From: Camelus dromedarius
Lineage: Eukaryota
Length of the DNA: 64,000 nucleotides
Direction: 5' to 3'
Assembly: GCF_036321535.1 (NCBI RefSeq)
Contig: NC_087436.1
Location: 5,890,001 to 5,954,000 of the forward strand
Part shown: one piece after another, positions 12,895 through 25,580 of the stretch
How positions within the stretch are numbered: position 1 is the first letter of the stretch
Layout of the letters: each line of letters begins with the position of its first letter
Translations under genes and position numbers: made by a program
Notes under the pieces: generated by a model
What the model saw: the letters and a program-made list of their open reading frames with translations, nothing else
What the model was told of the DNA's origin: nothing
Database searches by the model: none

Positions 12895-13360
12895 TGTTAC
12901 CCAATGCAAGTTCGTGTGCCCGACACACCATAAGGTCAAACCGAAACGGCGGAGTTTGGAGCAGAGAAAGGTTTACGGCAGGGCCCAGGAAAGAGGACCA
13001 GGAGGCTCATGCCCAAGGAAACCTCAAGCTCCTGGAAATGTTACCGCAAAGCCTATTTAAAGGCAAGTGAGGGGTGGGGCTGGAGGGGGTGTGGTCGGCT
13101 GGTGCACAGTCCTCTGATTGGTTGATGTTGCAGTAGCAGGGCGTCAGCGCTCTCAACCCCCAGGCACCAGGTCTGGGGGTCATGAGCTCTCCATCATCAA
13201 GTAGTTAATTTCTTCCCTTTGGTGGTGGATTTTAGCATCTGAAACACTCAGGAAATAGACATGAGATGCTATGATCTGGGTGCTTCAGAGAGGAGCCACA
13301 GCAGAGGGTATGGGGAGGGGTATGTCCCTGGAAGACCCCCCAGGGTCCTGCTTGGTTACA
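12895..13360 (-). mobile_element. ERV1-type solo LTR, family B
   Basis: TGTTAC...GGTTACA termini. The minus strand starts 'tgtaaccaagcaggaccctgggggg'. About 466 bp, with flanks aaaa/aaag (near 4-bp TSD). Confidence 0.8.
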
Positions 13361-15039
13361 AAAGTGCCTTTCTTGTGGTCCTAATTTTTAGTGTCCTGGT
13401 GTGCAGAGAATGACTTTCTGTTCTTCCCTTGGCTCTGTGTTAATCTCAATATTGTCTGAAGTTACCAGGAGACCAAACCAGGATTCCAAGTACTTTGAAA
13501 GGTAAAACATGCTTTGGGTCCCTTCCTTAATATAAGGCAGTACTTAATTTTTCTCTCTGTGTTTATTCAGGGAATCCATCTAGCCACCAGCCCCAAGCTG
13601 TAAGCATTAGCAATTAGCACCTTTTTTTTTTTTTTTTCAGAACTTACAGGAAATGTAGTTATCTTTCTACTGAATGCATTTTATCTCTAGTAAGCACTCC
13701 TTTAATTGAATTTTTATTAGGAATACTTAGGTTTATTCTCCCCTGCACTGATCTCTTCTTTTTTAATTGTCCCCATTAGTATTAGACAGCAGCTGACATC
13801 CATTTGCCGTCATATTGTCTCTGACACTCTCATTTCCTTCCCGTTAACATCGTTACCCGAGTGTGTCGTTTAGGAGTCCACGGGGTAGGTGCAACTCTGA
13901 TGCCCTGAACTATGCTTCTTCAGTACACCGGGGGCTCTCTGATCATTTCTACTTTAGTGCTTAGGGCTCTTTGGAAAATACAACAATTTAAAAAAAAAAA
14001 ACTAGAGCATTGAAGTGAGCTTACTACATAATCATCACTGTCCCTGAGCATTGGCTTAATAATATAAAAGCTCAGAAATAACGTTATCCAGTTGGAGACG
14101 TTATGAAGAACACATTCTTTAATCATTATTGCTGTTAGTAGAGTGATTGAGATTGGAGATATGGAAATATAAAAACAAGTTAAAATCAAGCATGCATCTT
14201 CTAAATGCAAACATCTTTCTGCAGCCCAATAAACATGAATTAATGTCAAATATCTGTATCATAACAAATAAGGTGTTACACAAAAAGCACTGTCGAGCTG
14301 TACACCAGGGAGTGCACATTCAGTTTAGAATCCAATCAGAGGGGATTCTTTCCAAGAGAGAGTGCTATGTTACCTCTGATCATTGCAGCAGAGAAAATGC
14401 CGATCCGGCCACAGGCACCGGGTGTAGAGTCAGATCCTCAGTTAGAGGGAAAGATGCTATCATGACACACAAATTGACAGTGTGGTTCTTGGGGTTAACA
14501 CATCAAGCAGGAGTCCCACATTCCCTGAAGAATATAGAAAATAAAAAATAGGAAAAAGCAATGGATGTAAAACTTGGTTTTGTGGTGAATTTTGAAAAGT
14601 CAGTTCAATGCAGTCTATGAAATTCTGCAAGCACTAAGAGATGCCCCAAACACTTTGCTCTAGTTATAGAAACAAGGACGAAATGAGCCAGGGATGGAGA
14701 TTAGCAAACCCTGAGGAAGCCAGAGTACTTCTACTGAGCCGCTCTGAGTATAGAGTCCCATCAATATAAAGCTGGCTTGAGAACACAAATAATTGAAATG
14801 ACAGGGCTTTTTAAAGATAATCTTGCTATTATTAAAATTTTATTGGTTAGTCAAATATGTCCAGTGAATGTTGGTGCTCAATATACATGCAAGCATTTTT
14901 AACAAATATTTTGTAATCTCCATGAAGTTTGGTGTTAAAGACTCTGTCTAGTTTGTGCCACATGTTGCTATGTTACAAAATGATGTATTAACTAGATTTT
15001 ACTTTTCTGTGTGTTTGTGCTGCAACTGAAAGTATATTA

Positions 15040-15432
15040 ATGAAAAGATGCTCAGTGTCTCTAATTATAAGAGAAATGCAAATCAAAACTACAATGAGGT
15101 ACCATTTCATACTGCTCAGAACAGCCATCATTAGAAAGTCCACAAACCATAAATGCTGGAGAGGGTGTGGAGAAAAGGGAACCCTCCTACACTGCTAGTG
15201 GGAATGTAGTTTGGTGCAGCCACTATGAAAAACAGTATGGAGATTCCTTAAAAAACTAAAAATGGACTTACTGTATGATCTAGCAATCCCACTCCTGGAC
15301 ATATATCTGGAAAGAACTCTAATTTGAAAAAACACATGCACCCCAATGTTCATAGCAGCACTATATACAGTAGCCAAGACATGGAAGCAACCTATATGTC
15401 CATCGGCAGATGACTGGATAAAGAAGATGTGG

Positions 15433-15498
<66 letters not shown>

Positions 15499-15970
15499 AA
15501 TACTACTCAGCCATAAAAAAGAATGAAATAATGCCACTTCCAGCAACTTGGATGGGCCTAGAGATGATCATACTAAGTGAAGTAAGTCAGATGGAGAAAG
15601 ACAAATATCATATAATATCACTTATATGCAGAATCTAAAAAATAATACAAGTGAATTTATTTGCAAAACAAAACCAGACAGACATAGAAAACAAATTATG
15701 GTCACCAAAGGGGAAAGTGATAAATTAGGAGTTTGAGATTGTACATACACACTACTGTATATAAAATAGATAAACAATAAGGACATACTGTATAGTTCCC
15801 CTACAGGGAACTTTATTCGGTATCTTGTAATAACCTATAATGAAAAAGAATATGAAAATAATATATATAACTGAATCAGTATGCTGTACACCTGAAACAA
15901 ACACAACATTGTAAAATCAACTATACTTCAATAAAAAAAGAAACAGAGAAGGCAAATTAAAAAACAAAGA
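15040..15970 (+). mobile_element. L1 3' portion (ORF2 C-terminus, 3'UTR, A-rich tail)
   Basis: 'gagaaatgcaaatcaaaactacaatgagg...aaatgctggagagggtgtggagaaaagggaaccctcctacactg...ctatacttcaataaaaaaa'. Confidence 0.95.
15436..15496. repeat. (TA)30 microsatellite within L1
   Basis: Perfect alternating TA run read directly. Confidence 0.95.
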
Positions 15971-17026
15971 AAGAACTTTAACGTTTTTGTATCCACTGTG
16001 GACAATTCATCATAAGATATATCTTACCCCTACTATAACTTTGTCATTATCTAAGGCCATGTTCTCTACTTTTATAAAACATTTACTACTGAAATAACAC
16101 TTAAACCTCAAGACAACCTCCCCAGGCTATCTTGAAAGTCTTATTCCCAGTATCTTCATGGACATACACAAGCACACCCCCTATTCTAAGACATGTTTCC
16201 ATTCTGTGGCAGAAACAAGTTGTCAGAGACACTTTTCATTTCATTTGGAAAATTTCTTGTATCTAGAGCCTCCTCGCTGATTTAGTTATGTGCTTAACAA
16301 TTCCACTTATGTTTTTGAGGTAATACAGATAGTACCCCAGAAATCAGTCAGGGGCGGAAACTGTGGCTTTGACAGCCAAAGGACATTGCTGTGTTTCCTG
16401 TTCTCCTCGTGTTCAATAAACATAAATAAAGCACTCGCTACGGTGCGGTAGAGATTTGATGATCTCTTACGGAAATGGTACTAGTCAACCAGGAAACCCA
16501 TACGAACAAAAATGAATCAGAACCCCTAACTCTTACCACCTTAATTTTATATAGATCAGAGACCCAAATGTAAAACACGAAGGCTTCTAGAGAAAATAAA
16601 AACTGGAAGCAGTCTTTATGACATTGGATTAGGCATTCCTTTTTAAAGAGGACATGAAATGGAAGATTCTGGACCTAATTTTCAGCTCTAACTCTCCTGT
16701 AAATGCAGTAAAAGAGAATCTCTTTAAAACGATCCATGTAGCCCTGCTGCCTTTTTTTCTCTAAATTCCCTATTTCAGCCTCATATTTCCACTTTTCTTC
16801 TGATTGGTCTAGTTCAGAGCCTCACTCTCCAGAAAACAAGGCTCTCCCCTCCTTCACGGCCACACCATTTCCCTGGCCATATGCACTGCGTGAAATGGGG
16901 AACGTCTCTCTGAACCTGAGATTAGAAAAGAAACAGAGTATTAGACGTCAGAGAAATTCTCTAAATCACTGTATGGCCAAATACAAATACTTTTAAGAGA
17001 CATTCCTCTTTATTAGTACCTTATAC

Positions 17027-17544
17027 TTTAATAGAAAAGGACAAACCTGGCTCGATATCAGGTCTGTTCCTTTGGCTCTAACTCTCTGCTGTTTCCTGGG
17101 CTCCGTCATGCTGGTTCTGCACCTTTTGTAAAAGAACGGTGCCTAGAGCCTGACATAGACAGGAGAGCCCGTCCTCAAGGCTCTGACCTTTAAGGGTGTA
17201 ACACTTTCCCATTCACATAGAAATAACAATTTGCAGAATAGAAAATAACGTTTGTTTTGTTAGAGGTTTACAGGGACACCATGTTCTGACCCACGTGGAC
17301 GGCTGCAAGAACAAAGGATTCTGTCACCAAGAAGTTTGCAACAACCAACCACACCCCCTCCCCTCTTTAGTATAAAAGGAGCCAGAATTCTGACTTGGGG
17401 GAGACGGTTCTCCAGGACATTAGTCAGACATCTTTTTGGTCTGCTGGCTTTCCCAATAAAGTCATTATTCCTTGTCCCAACACCTTGTCTCCCAGTTTAT
17501 TGGCCTGTCATGGGGCGAGAAGAATGAGTTTGGACTTGATAACA
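17027..17544 (+). mobile_element. ERV solo LTR, family A, copy 2
   Basis: Colinear with 4198-4711. TATAAAA at 17371-17377, AATAAA at 17455-17460, ends 'gataaca'. Flanks atac/ataa. Confidence 0.9.
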
Positions 17545-17675
17545 ATAAGAAATACACAATCACACATATTCAAATATTCTTAGCTCACTGCAAATGGATA
17601 TCATGAAATAAATGTTTATTTACTCCATTTGTTTATCCAGCAGCAGTATTATAATCAAGAAAACATAGAATTAAT

Positions 17676-18536
17676 TATTTTTGCTGCAAAAATCTTTATT
17701 GTTTCCATTTGGTCCAAGGCTGGAGAGAGGGCTCCAAGGTGGTTGAAAAGCTTCAGGCAGAAGCCTTGACACCAGCGGGCCCCCCCCAAGGCTGCTGGCT
17801 TCCAGAGCCCCTGAGTCATGCTTGGGGTTGAGCCTTCGGGAGGGACACCAGCCCAGCCCCCGGGGACCTGCCCACTCGCACAAGAGGGTCAGGTGGTCCA
17901 CTGCCCGTCTTCTGGATGAGTCTCACCTGCGCCTCCAGGAGGTGCATCTCCAGGACGTCACGGAGGAGGGGTCTGCAGGCAGAGCCCAGGGCAGGCGGAC
18001 CCGAAAGGTTCAGATTCTTTCCCCAGGACCCTGGTGCTTCTGCAGCATCCTGGGTTTCACAGCACTCCTCTTGGGGTGGCTTCTGCCCATCCTGCAAGAG
18101 GGTGAGGCTGCCTGCTGGCTTTGCATCTTCAAGAGATGCTCTTGGCCCTCGCGCTTCTCCTTGGCCGAGTTGGGGGAAAGTGGCCCACACCCTCCAGAAC
18201 CACCTGGTCGTGGGGGAAATAGGAGCCCAGAGAGCAGTAGGTGGACGGGGCCCACAGGTGCAGGGTGACAGGGCAGGTGAAGGCGGCCTCCACCTGGTGG
18301 GGTAATTCTGACCAATCTGGGGGCTCAAGGTTGATCCGTAAAAAGAAGCTAGGCTCAAAGGATGGTGTTGGCTGGTCCCGGAGACCGAGGGTGGCAGAGT
18401 GGCTGGTTCTGAAGGTTTCAACTGGAAAAAAGGCTGGAGGGTAGTGGGAGGCTGGATCAGGGGGTCCCTGGGTCTGTTCCATCAAAACACCTGTGTAAGC
18501 AGGACACACATCCCTGGAACTGCCCAGAGCACTGCC
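17676..18536 (-). pseudogene. FTL: Ferritin light chain processed pseudogene (full-length retrocopy, frameshifted; CDS remnant about 18328 to 17812)
   Basis: FTL peptide blocks are spread over several minus frames: LSPQIGQNYPT (cf. MSSQIRQNYST); VEAA...LHLWAPSTYCSLGSYFPHDQVVLEGVGHF; AKEKREGQEHLLKMQSQ; LLQDGQKPPQEE...TQDAAEA...KNLN; ALGSA...RDVLEMHLLEAQVRLIQK; DHLTLL...AGP...LG...RLNPKHD. No introns. ATG is mutated to TTG (18328). FTL-like 5'UTR with IRE remnant, AATAAA at 17700-17695, A-rich tail, TSD AATTAAT at 17669-17675 and 18537-18543. Confidence 0.95.
18475..18507 (-). promoter_or_regulatory. Degenerate iron-responsive element (IRE) in the FTL retrocopy 5'UTR
   Basis: Minus strand 'gtcctgcttacacaggtgttttgatggaaca' aligns to the FTL IRE 'tgcttcaaCAGTGtttggacggaaca'. 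The loop is altered to CAGGTG. Confidence 0.75.
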
Positions 18537-19255
18537 AATTAATGTTATTATTCTACATGGTTTGAAATTATTATTTATTGTCAATGTAATGCATTTAGTC
18601 TAAGAACCAACCACACAGACACACACATATACACACCCCTCTCTGTACTTCCACTAAAAATCTCTAGCCTCGATCTTAACTATAGCTGGCATCTTCAGTA
18701 CAAAGAAATTAAAAGATAAAACATTTACACTTCCATATTGGAAGAATTATGATAATAAAGTGGAATTGCACTTCTCCCCTTGAGGTTATATGGTGACTCT
18801 CCCAGTCATCACAATATTTCCCAAGTGGCTGATCTGACGCAGCACCGAGAAGACACTTTGCTAAAACACTGGCTGAGGACTCGTGTTTCCAAAGCCGCAG
18901 GAGATCTGCAGCAGTGGCCTTTGGTCGCTTTCTGGAATATTAACACAGTCCCTTTTGTGGAGGAAGAAATATATCGATATTTTATAGGTGTGGGCTCCAA
19001 CAGACATCATCATTTTAAAGAGAACCAATTTCATTTACATGCAAAATCTTTTGACTTAAGAGATTGTAAGATTTCTTGAGTGACATTAATTTGTCAAGTG
19101 ATTTCACTATTTTTGACTTAATATAATGGAAGAGGTTATATTCAATTCAATATTCAATGTGGTGTTTTATTCAATACTCAGTTGTGCCTTTGAGGATATA
19201 AAAAGGGATTATTTAAAAAGAAACTATTGGTTGAAAAATTGCACACAGTTTTTAT

Positions 19256-19273
19256 TTATATATATATATAAAA

Positions 19274-19310
<37 letters not shown>
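19256..19310. repeat. Interrupted (TA)n microsatellite
   Basis: Read directly. Confidence 0.9.
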
Positions 19311-19313
<3 letters not shown>

Positions 19314-19433
19314 TTTATCCTTTCCAAAAAGTCATCCAGATAGGATTTTATAAAGTGCAAATAATATGTTTAAGACATTATTTCAAGTTTATTGAAAATG
19401 CAGATAAAAGATGCTATTTGAATTCTTTAGTAA

Positions 19434-19921
19434 GTGTTTCAGTCAGCTCAGGCTGCTATAAAAATTACCATAGACTAGGTGGCTTAAACCACAGAAATGT
19501 TTTAGTATATAAATATATATATATCTTTTATTGAAGTTTAGTCAGTTTACAATGTTGTGTCAATTTCTGCTGTACAGCATCATGTTTCAGTCATACATGA
19601 GCATACATAAATTTGTTTTCATATTCTAAGAAGAGAAATTTCTCACCCTTCTGGAGGCTGGGGAGTTGAGATCAGGATGCTGGCATGGTTGCATTGTGCT
19701 GAGGGTCCTCTACTTGGCTTGCAGATAACACCCTCACAGGCAGAGAGCAGACTCTCTGATCTTTTCCTGTAAGAGCACTGATCCCATCATGAAGACCTCA
19801 CGCTCATGGCCTCATTGAAGTCTGAGTATCTCCCAGAGGCCCACCTTCTAACACCATCACCCTGGGAGTTAGGGGTTCAACATATGACTTTTGAGAGGAC
19901 ACAGACATTCAGTCCATAACA
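19434..19921 (-). mobile_element. MLT1A-like MaLR LTR, interrupted by a short L1 3' end (about 19505-19630, minus)
   Basis: 'aggctgctataaaaattaccatagactaggtggcttaaac...ttctggaggctgg...ttcaacatatga...acattcagtccataaca'. The insert 'ttattgaagtttagtcagtttacaatgttgtgtcaatttct' matches young L1 tails elsewhere in the window. Confidence 0.9.
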
Positions 19922-20454
19922 AGAAGACAGCAGGTAAGTAATTAAAACATGTGATTTTAAAACTGGCATGGACTTCCCCAAGGCTGTTTGCGTAACCATC
20001 CCACAGTGAGAATGGTGAGGTTTTGCTCAGTACACAGCTACGCTATCAGTTATGGTGGGTTTCACTGGTGAGGGAGGTGATTCAGGACTGGCCACACCTC
20101 AGCATATTCGCAGAGGGGCCAGAGGCCAGAGCCTGCACATTCCAGTAGAAGTTCTGGAAGAGATGCAGCCTCCTTTTAACGTGATCTCTTCATTTTATAA
20201 TAGTAATGGTCTTAACATCTCTAAGAAAGATCACCTTTACATGTTTCTGTGCTGGAATGCCCACATGTTTTCAAAGATGTGAGACCTGTGGTTTTGCAGA
20301 TGATAAAAATAAGGCCCTGCAATGCTAGTGACTTAGTCAAAGATCTGGTAATAGCAGCAGAGAGACAACAGATTGCTGTTTTCACTCTTAGCTTTGTTGT
20401 TTGGGGGCTCTTTGTTTGTTTATTTGTTTTATCTTTAACACTCTGCTTTTCTCT

Positions 20455-22370
20455 GTACAGAGGGAGAATTAGAAATATGTGTTTATCATACTAGAAATCA
20501 TGAGTTCATGCTGACCCTCCCAATTTCATTCCAAATGTTTGCTCTTTAGTTACTTTTTTTCTTCATATTTCCTTTATTTTTTTAATCTAGGGAAATCTCT
20601 GGTTCCCCCAAACAGCACTCCATTTATTTATTTGCCTAATGTCACAACACACATAAAATAGATTCAGAGCTGCTACTTTCATATTGCTATGTAAAACCAA
20701 CCTATGAAAAATAGTCCCTGCTTTGTTTGCCCTTCTGTTTCATTTTTCTCCCTAGACTCAGAGTATTTAGTGAAAATATTGTTTTAAAAGTTACTTCCAT
20801 TAGCTATTTATGCTTCTGTAGCTTATGAAATGCTATGTTTTATTTGTTTGTCTTAGTCATTTTCCTCACACCCTTCATGGTTTATTGTGTTTTTCATCTG
20901 TAGAATATAAACAATCTTCCAACTGTCAAAATGTTAAAGAACAACTGTAAAGTATAAAATTTTATAATATTAAACATACCTAGCATTTTTTCTACAACAA
21001 AGTAAGCCCAAAGTGGGACCACTTCCTCTCTCATACCTTGACTTTACTGTTCCCAGAATCCTCTGGAAGTCATCATGTTTATTGTTTTGATATTTATCCT
21101 CCCAATGCTTCTTAAACACAGATAAACGCATTTCAGTTTGTTTTTATTTCTCTTTTTTCTTCACATAAAGTGCAGCGTACTGTAAGTCTTTTGCACTTCA
21201 TTATCCTCATTTTTATACTTACTAAGGACTCCTGCAAATAGTTGCCTCAGTCTATCTTATTGCTGCTGTGGGATGTGACTGTGACTCAGGTATGGCAACA
21301 CCTTGCATTTTTCACCAGCAGTGGCTGAAAGTGCCCATTTCCCCAGAGTCTCATCGACAGAGTGTATTGTTAAGATTTTAACTTTTTTTGTCAATATGAT
21401 GGGAAAGAAATGATACATTAGAGAAGATTTAATTTTCGTTTCTCTTAATTTGCTTGAAGTTAGGACATTGTTAATACTTTTATGTGAATTGTTCATTCAG
21501 GCTTTGTGCCCATTTTTCTAAGGATTTTTGGTATTTTTTTCTCAATTTTTGTATCTTTTCAGATGTTTGTAGGGTTGCTCAACACCACTTATAAGGTGCT
21601 AGAACCAGTGAGAGAACGTTTGAGAACAAGGATCTCCCCCAAGATAGTCATTAAATTCAAGGGAAAAGATAAATCTTTACAGGGAAAAAGAGGCTTTCTA
21701 GTGCTGGCAGAAACTTGGCAGTGGGGAAAGCCAAGTGATCGAGGTGAAACACATCAAAAATAAGACAATATAGTGAACCTGAAAATGTGATCCACTGAGG
21801 ACACAATGCCATTGCTATCTACTTTTGTCAAAAATGTGTCTCCCCCAATCATGAGAAAACAGGAGACAAACCTCAAATGAGGCATGTTCGGCAAAACAGA
21901 TGACCAACACTCTTTGAAAGTATCAAGACTGTGAAACACAAGAAGGACTTGGGAACTGTATCAGCCTGCAGGAGACAAAGGGGAAGAAGAGACTAAAGGC
22001 AACCTGAGTAGGACCTGGAAATACAGAAGGACCTCAGTGAAAGATCTGGTGAGATTTGACTCAAGTCTTCTGCTAATGATATTATACCAACGTCAATTTC
22101 CTGGTTCTGATTATTGTATCATCATCAGGCAGTATATTAACATCTGGAGAGGCTTGGGGAAAGACAAGTGCATTATTTTTTACAACTTTTCTGTAAGTTT
22201 AAAATTCCTTTCTGTAAATGGAAGTGGTTTTGAACAGCTCTTGTTAAGATGGTTATGAATCATTTTATATTTTTGTTGCCTTTTAAACAAGATTGTCTCT
22301 TCTATTGTATCTTCTTACCAGTTATTATGTGAAGGCTGTGGACTTTTGCATGTTAATTTTATACCTTTCT
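20455..22370. mobile_element. Composite of old L1MC/L1ME fragments (minus, with a plus-strand 3'UTR piece at about 21640-22200)
   Basis: 'atcatgagttcatgctgaccctcccaatt' and 'attatacc...aatttcctggttctgattattgta...ttttacaacttttctgtaagtttaaaatt'. Boundaries approximate. Confidence 0.6.
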
Positions 22371-23500
22371 CAAAGGTTATTTTATTAAGAAATGAATGCA
22401 GCATCAAATGGAGTTAGTCACCTAAAAGAATGATGTGTATTAGAAAAACAGACAAGTGACTATCTCTTTTCAATGACTCTTGTGGCCCCAAACAAGAGAA
22501 ATCATGCAAAGTAGAGCAAAGATGGATGCCAACAAGAAGAAGTGTACTTTAAGCAAAACAAAGAAACACAATATTTAGAGGAATTCGTACATAGAAGGAT
22601 TTTATATAAAACTCTGATCCCTTTAACATTTCTTTTGTTAAAATAAATGTCAGAATATACTGAGACTGTGTGCTAGAAAATTAAGGGGAATGAAAAGAAT
22701 TCCTATTGATATTCATCTGAAAAAGAGAACTTTTTCACAAACAGGATGTACAGTACCTACCTAGTAATTTTCTGTCCCCCACTTTCTATTTTTGCCAACA
22801 TCTCTATAGAAATAAAAGCTCTCTCCCCCACAAACTTCCTTTCCTTTTCACATTCAGCCAGAAGCAAAGCAGAATAAAACAGCCACCTCGCAGACTGACG
22901 ATGGTAAACTACAAAAGCGAAAATGTTCAATTAAAGTGTTGTTGTAAACCTGTAGGAAAACCTCAAGAACAGATCTCTTATTCATTACATAGTTTATTCA
23001 ATTATTATTTTCATAATATCACTTCACTTGGTTTATGGGTTTGATTATACGGGACAACTAGAGTTTGATTCCATTACTGAAATTTTAATGAGCTTAGCTT
23101 TATTAGTTCCTTGGCAAAGAAATAGATTTTTCCCCACTCTTAAAAGCCTGTATGTTTGAATCCACTTGACTCAAATATTTCATTTTACAAATGAAGAGCA
23201 GATTTTCACTGTTGATAAAGCTTCAGCCCATGTGTTTGGATTGCAATGACCATATCCTGTATGGTAGCAAAGGGTGTCTTCCCAGGAAATGGGCCACCTG
23301 AACCTTTCTCATTGCCATAGTAAAAGCATCAAGGAAAAATTTAAAAACCTTCACATTTTACAATGCTTTATCCAATGGGTATTCTATTCAATCAGTCAAC
23401 CAATTTATAAGACTATCTTGTGGACTGAATATGAATGAGAAGGACTCGGCTTAATTCCCTACAATGTTTGGTCTTAAACAAGTCATTTAAATATTCCAGA

Positions 23501-23932
23501 TTCCATTTGCAGCAACATGGATGAACCTAGAGGTGATCACACTAAGTGAAGTCGGTCAGACAGAGAAAGATAGGTATCATATGATATCAGGTACGTGTGG
23601 AACAGGAAAAAAAAGTGATACAAATGAACTTACCTACAAAACAGGAAAAGACTCACAGACGTAGAAAACAAACTTATGGTTACCAAAGGGGAAAGGAGGG
23701 GAGGGATAAATTAGGAGTTTGGGATTAGCAGATACACACCACTGTATATAAAATAGGTAAACTACAAGGCCTTACTGTCATGCAGTGAACCATATTCAAT
23801 ACCTTGTAGTAACCCTTAACGAAAAATAATATGAGGAAGAATATATATGTATAAACGATTCACGTTACTGTACAACTGAAATTAACACAACGTTGCACAT
23901 CAACTACACTTCAGTTAAAATAAAATAAAATG
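23501..23932 (+). mobile_element. L1 3' end with TSD
   Basis: 'ccatttgcagcaacatggatgaacctagag...ctacacttcagttaaaataaaataaaa'. TSD aatattccaga (23490-23500) / aatattctaga (23933-23943). Confidence 0.92.
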
Positions 23933-25121
23933 AATATTCTAGACCTCAGATATTTTGCCTAGATATTATGTATATTAGATATAATAATACTTCATACAAT
24001 ATGATACTATACTCATATATTATCATGGCTAATTTATAGAGCTGTTTTCAGAATAAAATGACGTCATAGAATTCAAAAGATTTTATAATTTGAATTATAA
24101 GTACTAGTGTTTTACATAAAACACTGTGTGAGGCAGTGCATTGAGATAAGAATGAGCTTTACTTAAGACTAGTTCTCTGCTGCATCTTAAATGTGATCTT
24201 TCTTGATTACCAATTAAGATATTTATGAATGAGATACATGAGTCCTAATATATTGTAGAGGGTGTCCTGGTACCCTGGCAAGGACTGGCGTATATTTTCT
24301 CCACCAATTTTTACCTTTGACAGTCTTAAAAATATTTGATTAGTGAAGTTATTTTATATCTAACATTTTTCAGATTTTACATTTTTGTTAGAGCATCAGA
24401 ATATTTTCTCAGGACAAAGGAAAATAGCTTCTCTTGTATGGTGTTCTTGGACAGAAGAACAAACCTAGAAACCTCTATACAAAGATCACAATACTCATAA
24501 GCCAAATTTTATATGTAATTAAGTTCAGAAGAATATATATCTGGTTGGGAGCAGCAGAAATTTCTAAATCACCTTTGAGAAGTCTCTTGGGAAATGGGTG
24601 AGTTTCTGCCTGGTAAAGTTTAGAGGAGGCTTAGGGGGAAGAGATATCTCAGATGCGTAACAGTTTGTAAGACTAGTGTTTTGTGAAAGCATCAAGCATC
24701 CTAAACAAATACACATCAGATATATAAGAAAGAACAGAGAGCAGCTCTTTGGCTTTGAAGACCGAGTTTGTATTTCTTTGATAGAGATTAGGAAACCATT
24801 AAAATGTTCTGAGCAAGGGGCTATTAAAAAAATCATGGCAGCGTCGTTAGAAACCGTTGTAAAGGGTAAGCTGGAAATGAGGGTGTTAAAAAGTAGTGAT
24901 TTATTTTAGCGCTTGGAAGAGTCAGGCAAGCTGATCATTACCAGATGTCAGAAAACTAGAACTGAGTTCATGGCTTTTTTGAAGACTTAAGCAGCTATAA
25001 AATCCCAGAACATGGATGGCTGGTACAAGATGAGGCTGGGCCAGAACTGTTTAGAAGACTGGACAGAATCCTCTTTATTTGTATTGCAGTAGAAAGCTGC
25101 TGAAAAATTTAAAAAGTAGGC

Positions 25122-25580
25122 ATATTAGTCAGACTCAAGTCAAGAAAATAGAAACCAGTCTGTGTATTTCAAGCAGAGGGGATTCCATAGAGGGGAATGG
25201 ACACTAATAAATCTGTTGGAAAATCTGAAACAGTAAAATCCCCAAACCTCTGGTTTGCAGTTGCCCTTCTCTAGCTGTGCTGCAATGTCAAAAGTCTCAT
25301 CAGAACACAGAGGTCAGTCAAGGTTAGGAAGCCAGCGCCAAGGTCACTGAGACAGGAACGTAAATCGCCACAGAAGCTCACGCATGCCGAGCCCCACTTA
25401 TGTATCACCTCTGTCACTGTAAGAATGCCTACTGTTGCTCTATCTCACTCACCCCAGAAGATCGCACCATACTGATAGAACCTAAACAATTTCTGGGACC
25501 TTGCTGGCAAGGGCATTGGGCTTTTCCAGGCTCAGGATAGGTATGGGAAAGGAGGAGGAGCATCAGACCACAGCTAGTAC
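25122..25580. mobile_element. Ancient ERV-type LTR (LTR67/78/79-like), apparently nested in L2
   Basis: 'attagtcagactcaagtcaagaaaatagaaaccagtctgtgtatttcaagcagaggggatt' start motif, with L2-like sequence on both sides (about 24550-25120 and 25590-25790). Confidence 0.5.

Noticed and set aside
4198..17544. Full provirus bounded by LTR copies 1 and 2 (or 2 and 3)
   Set aside because: No primer-binding site or gag/pol/env is visible. The intervals hold ancient L1/L2/MIR and unique DNA, and there is no shared TSD.
17816..18421. 201-aa minus ORF (longest in the window) as a novel gene
   Set aside because: It starts at TTG and is a frameshift mosaic of the FTL pseudogene. The overlapping plus-strand ORFs are GC-rich antisense shadows.
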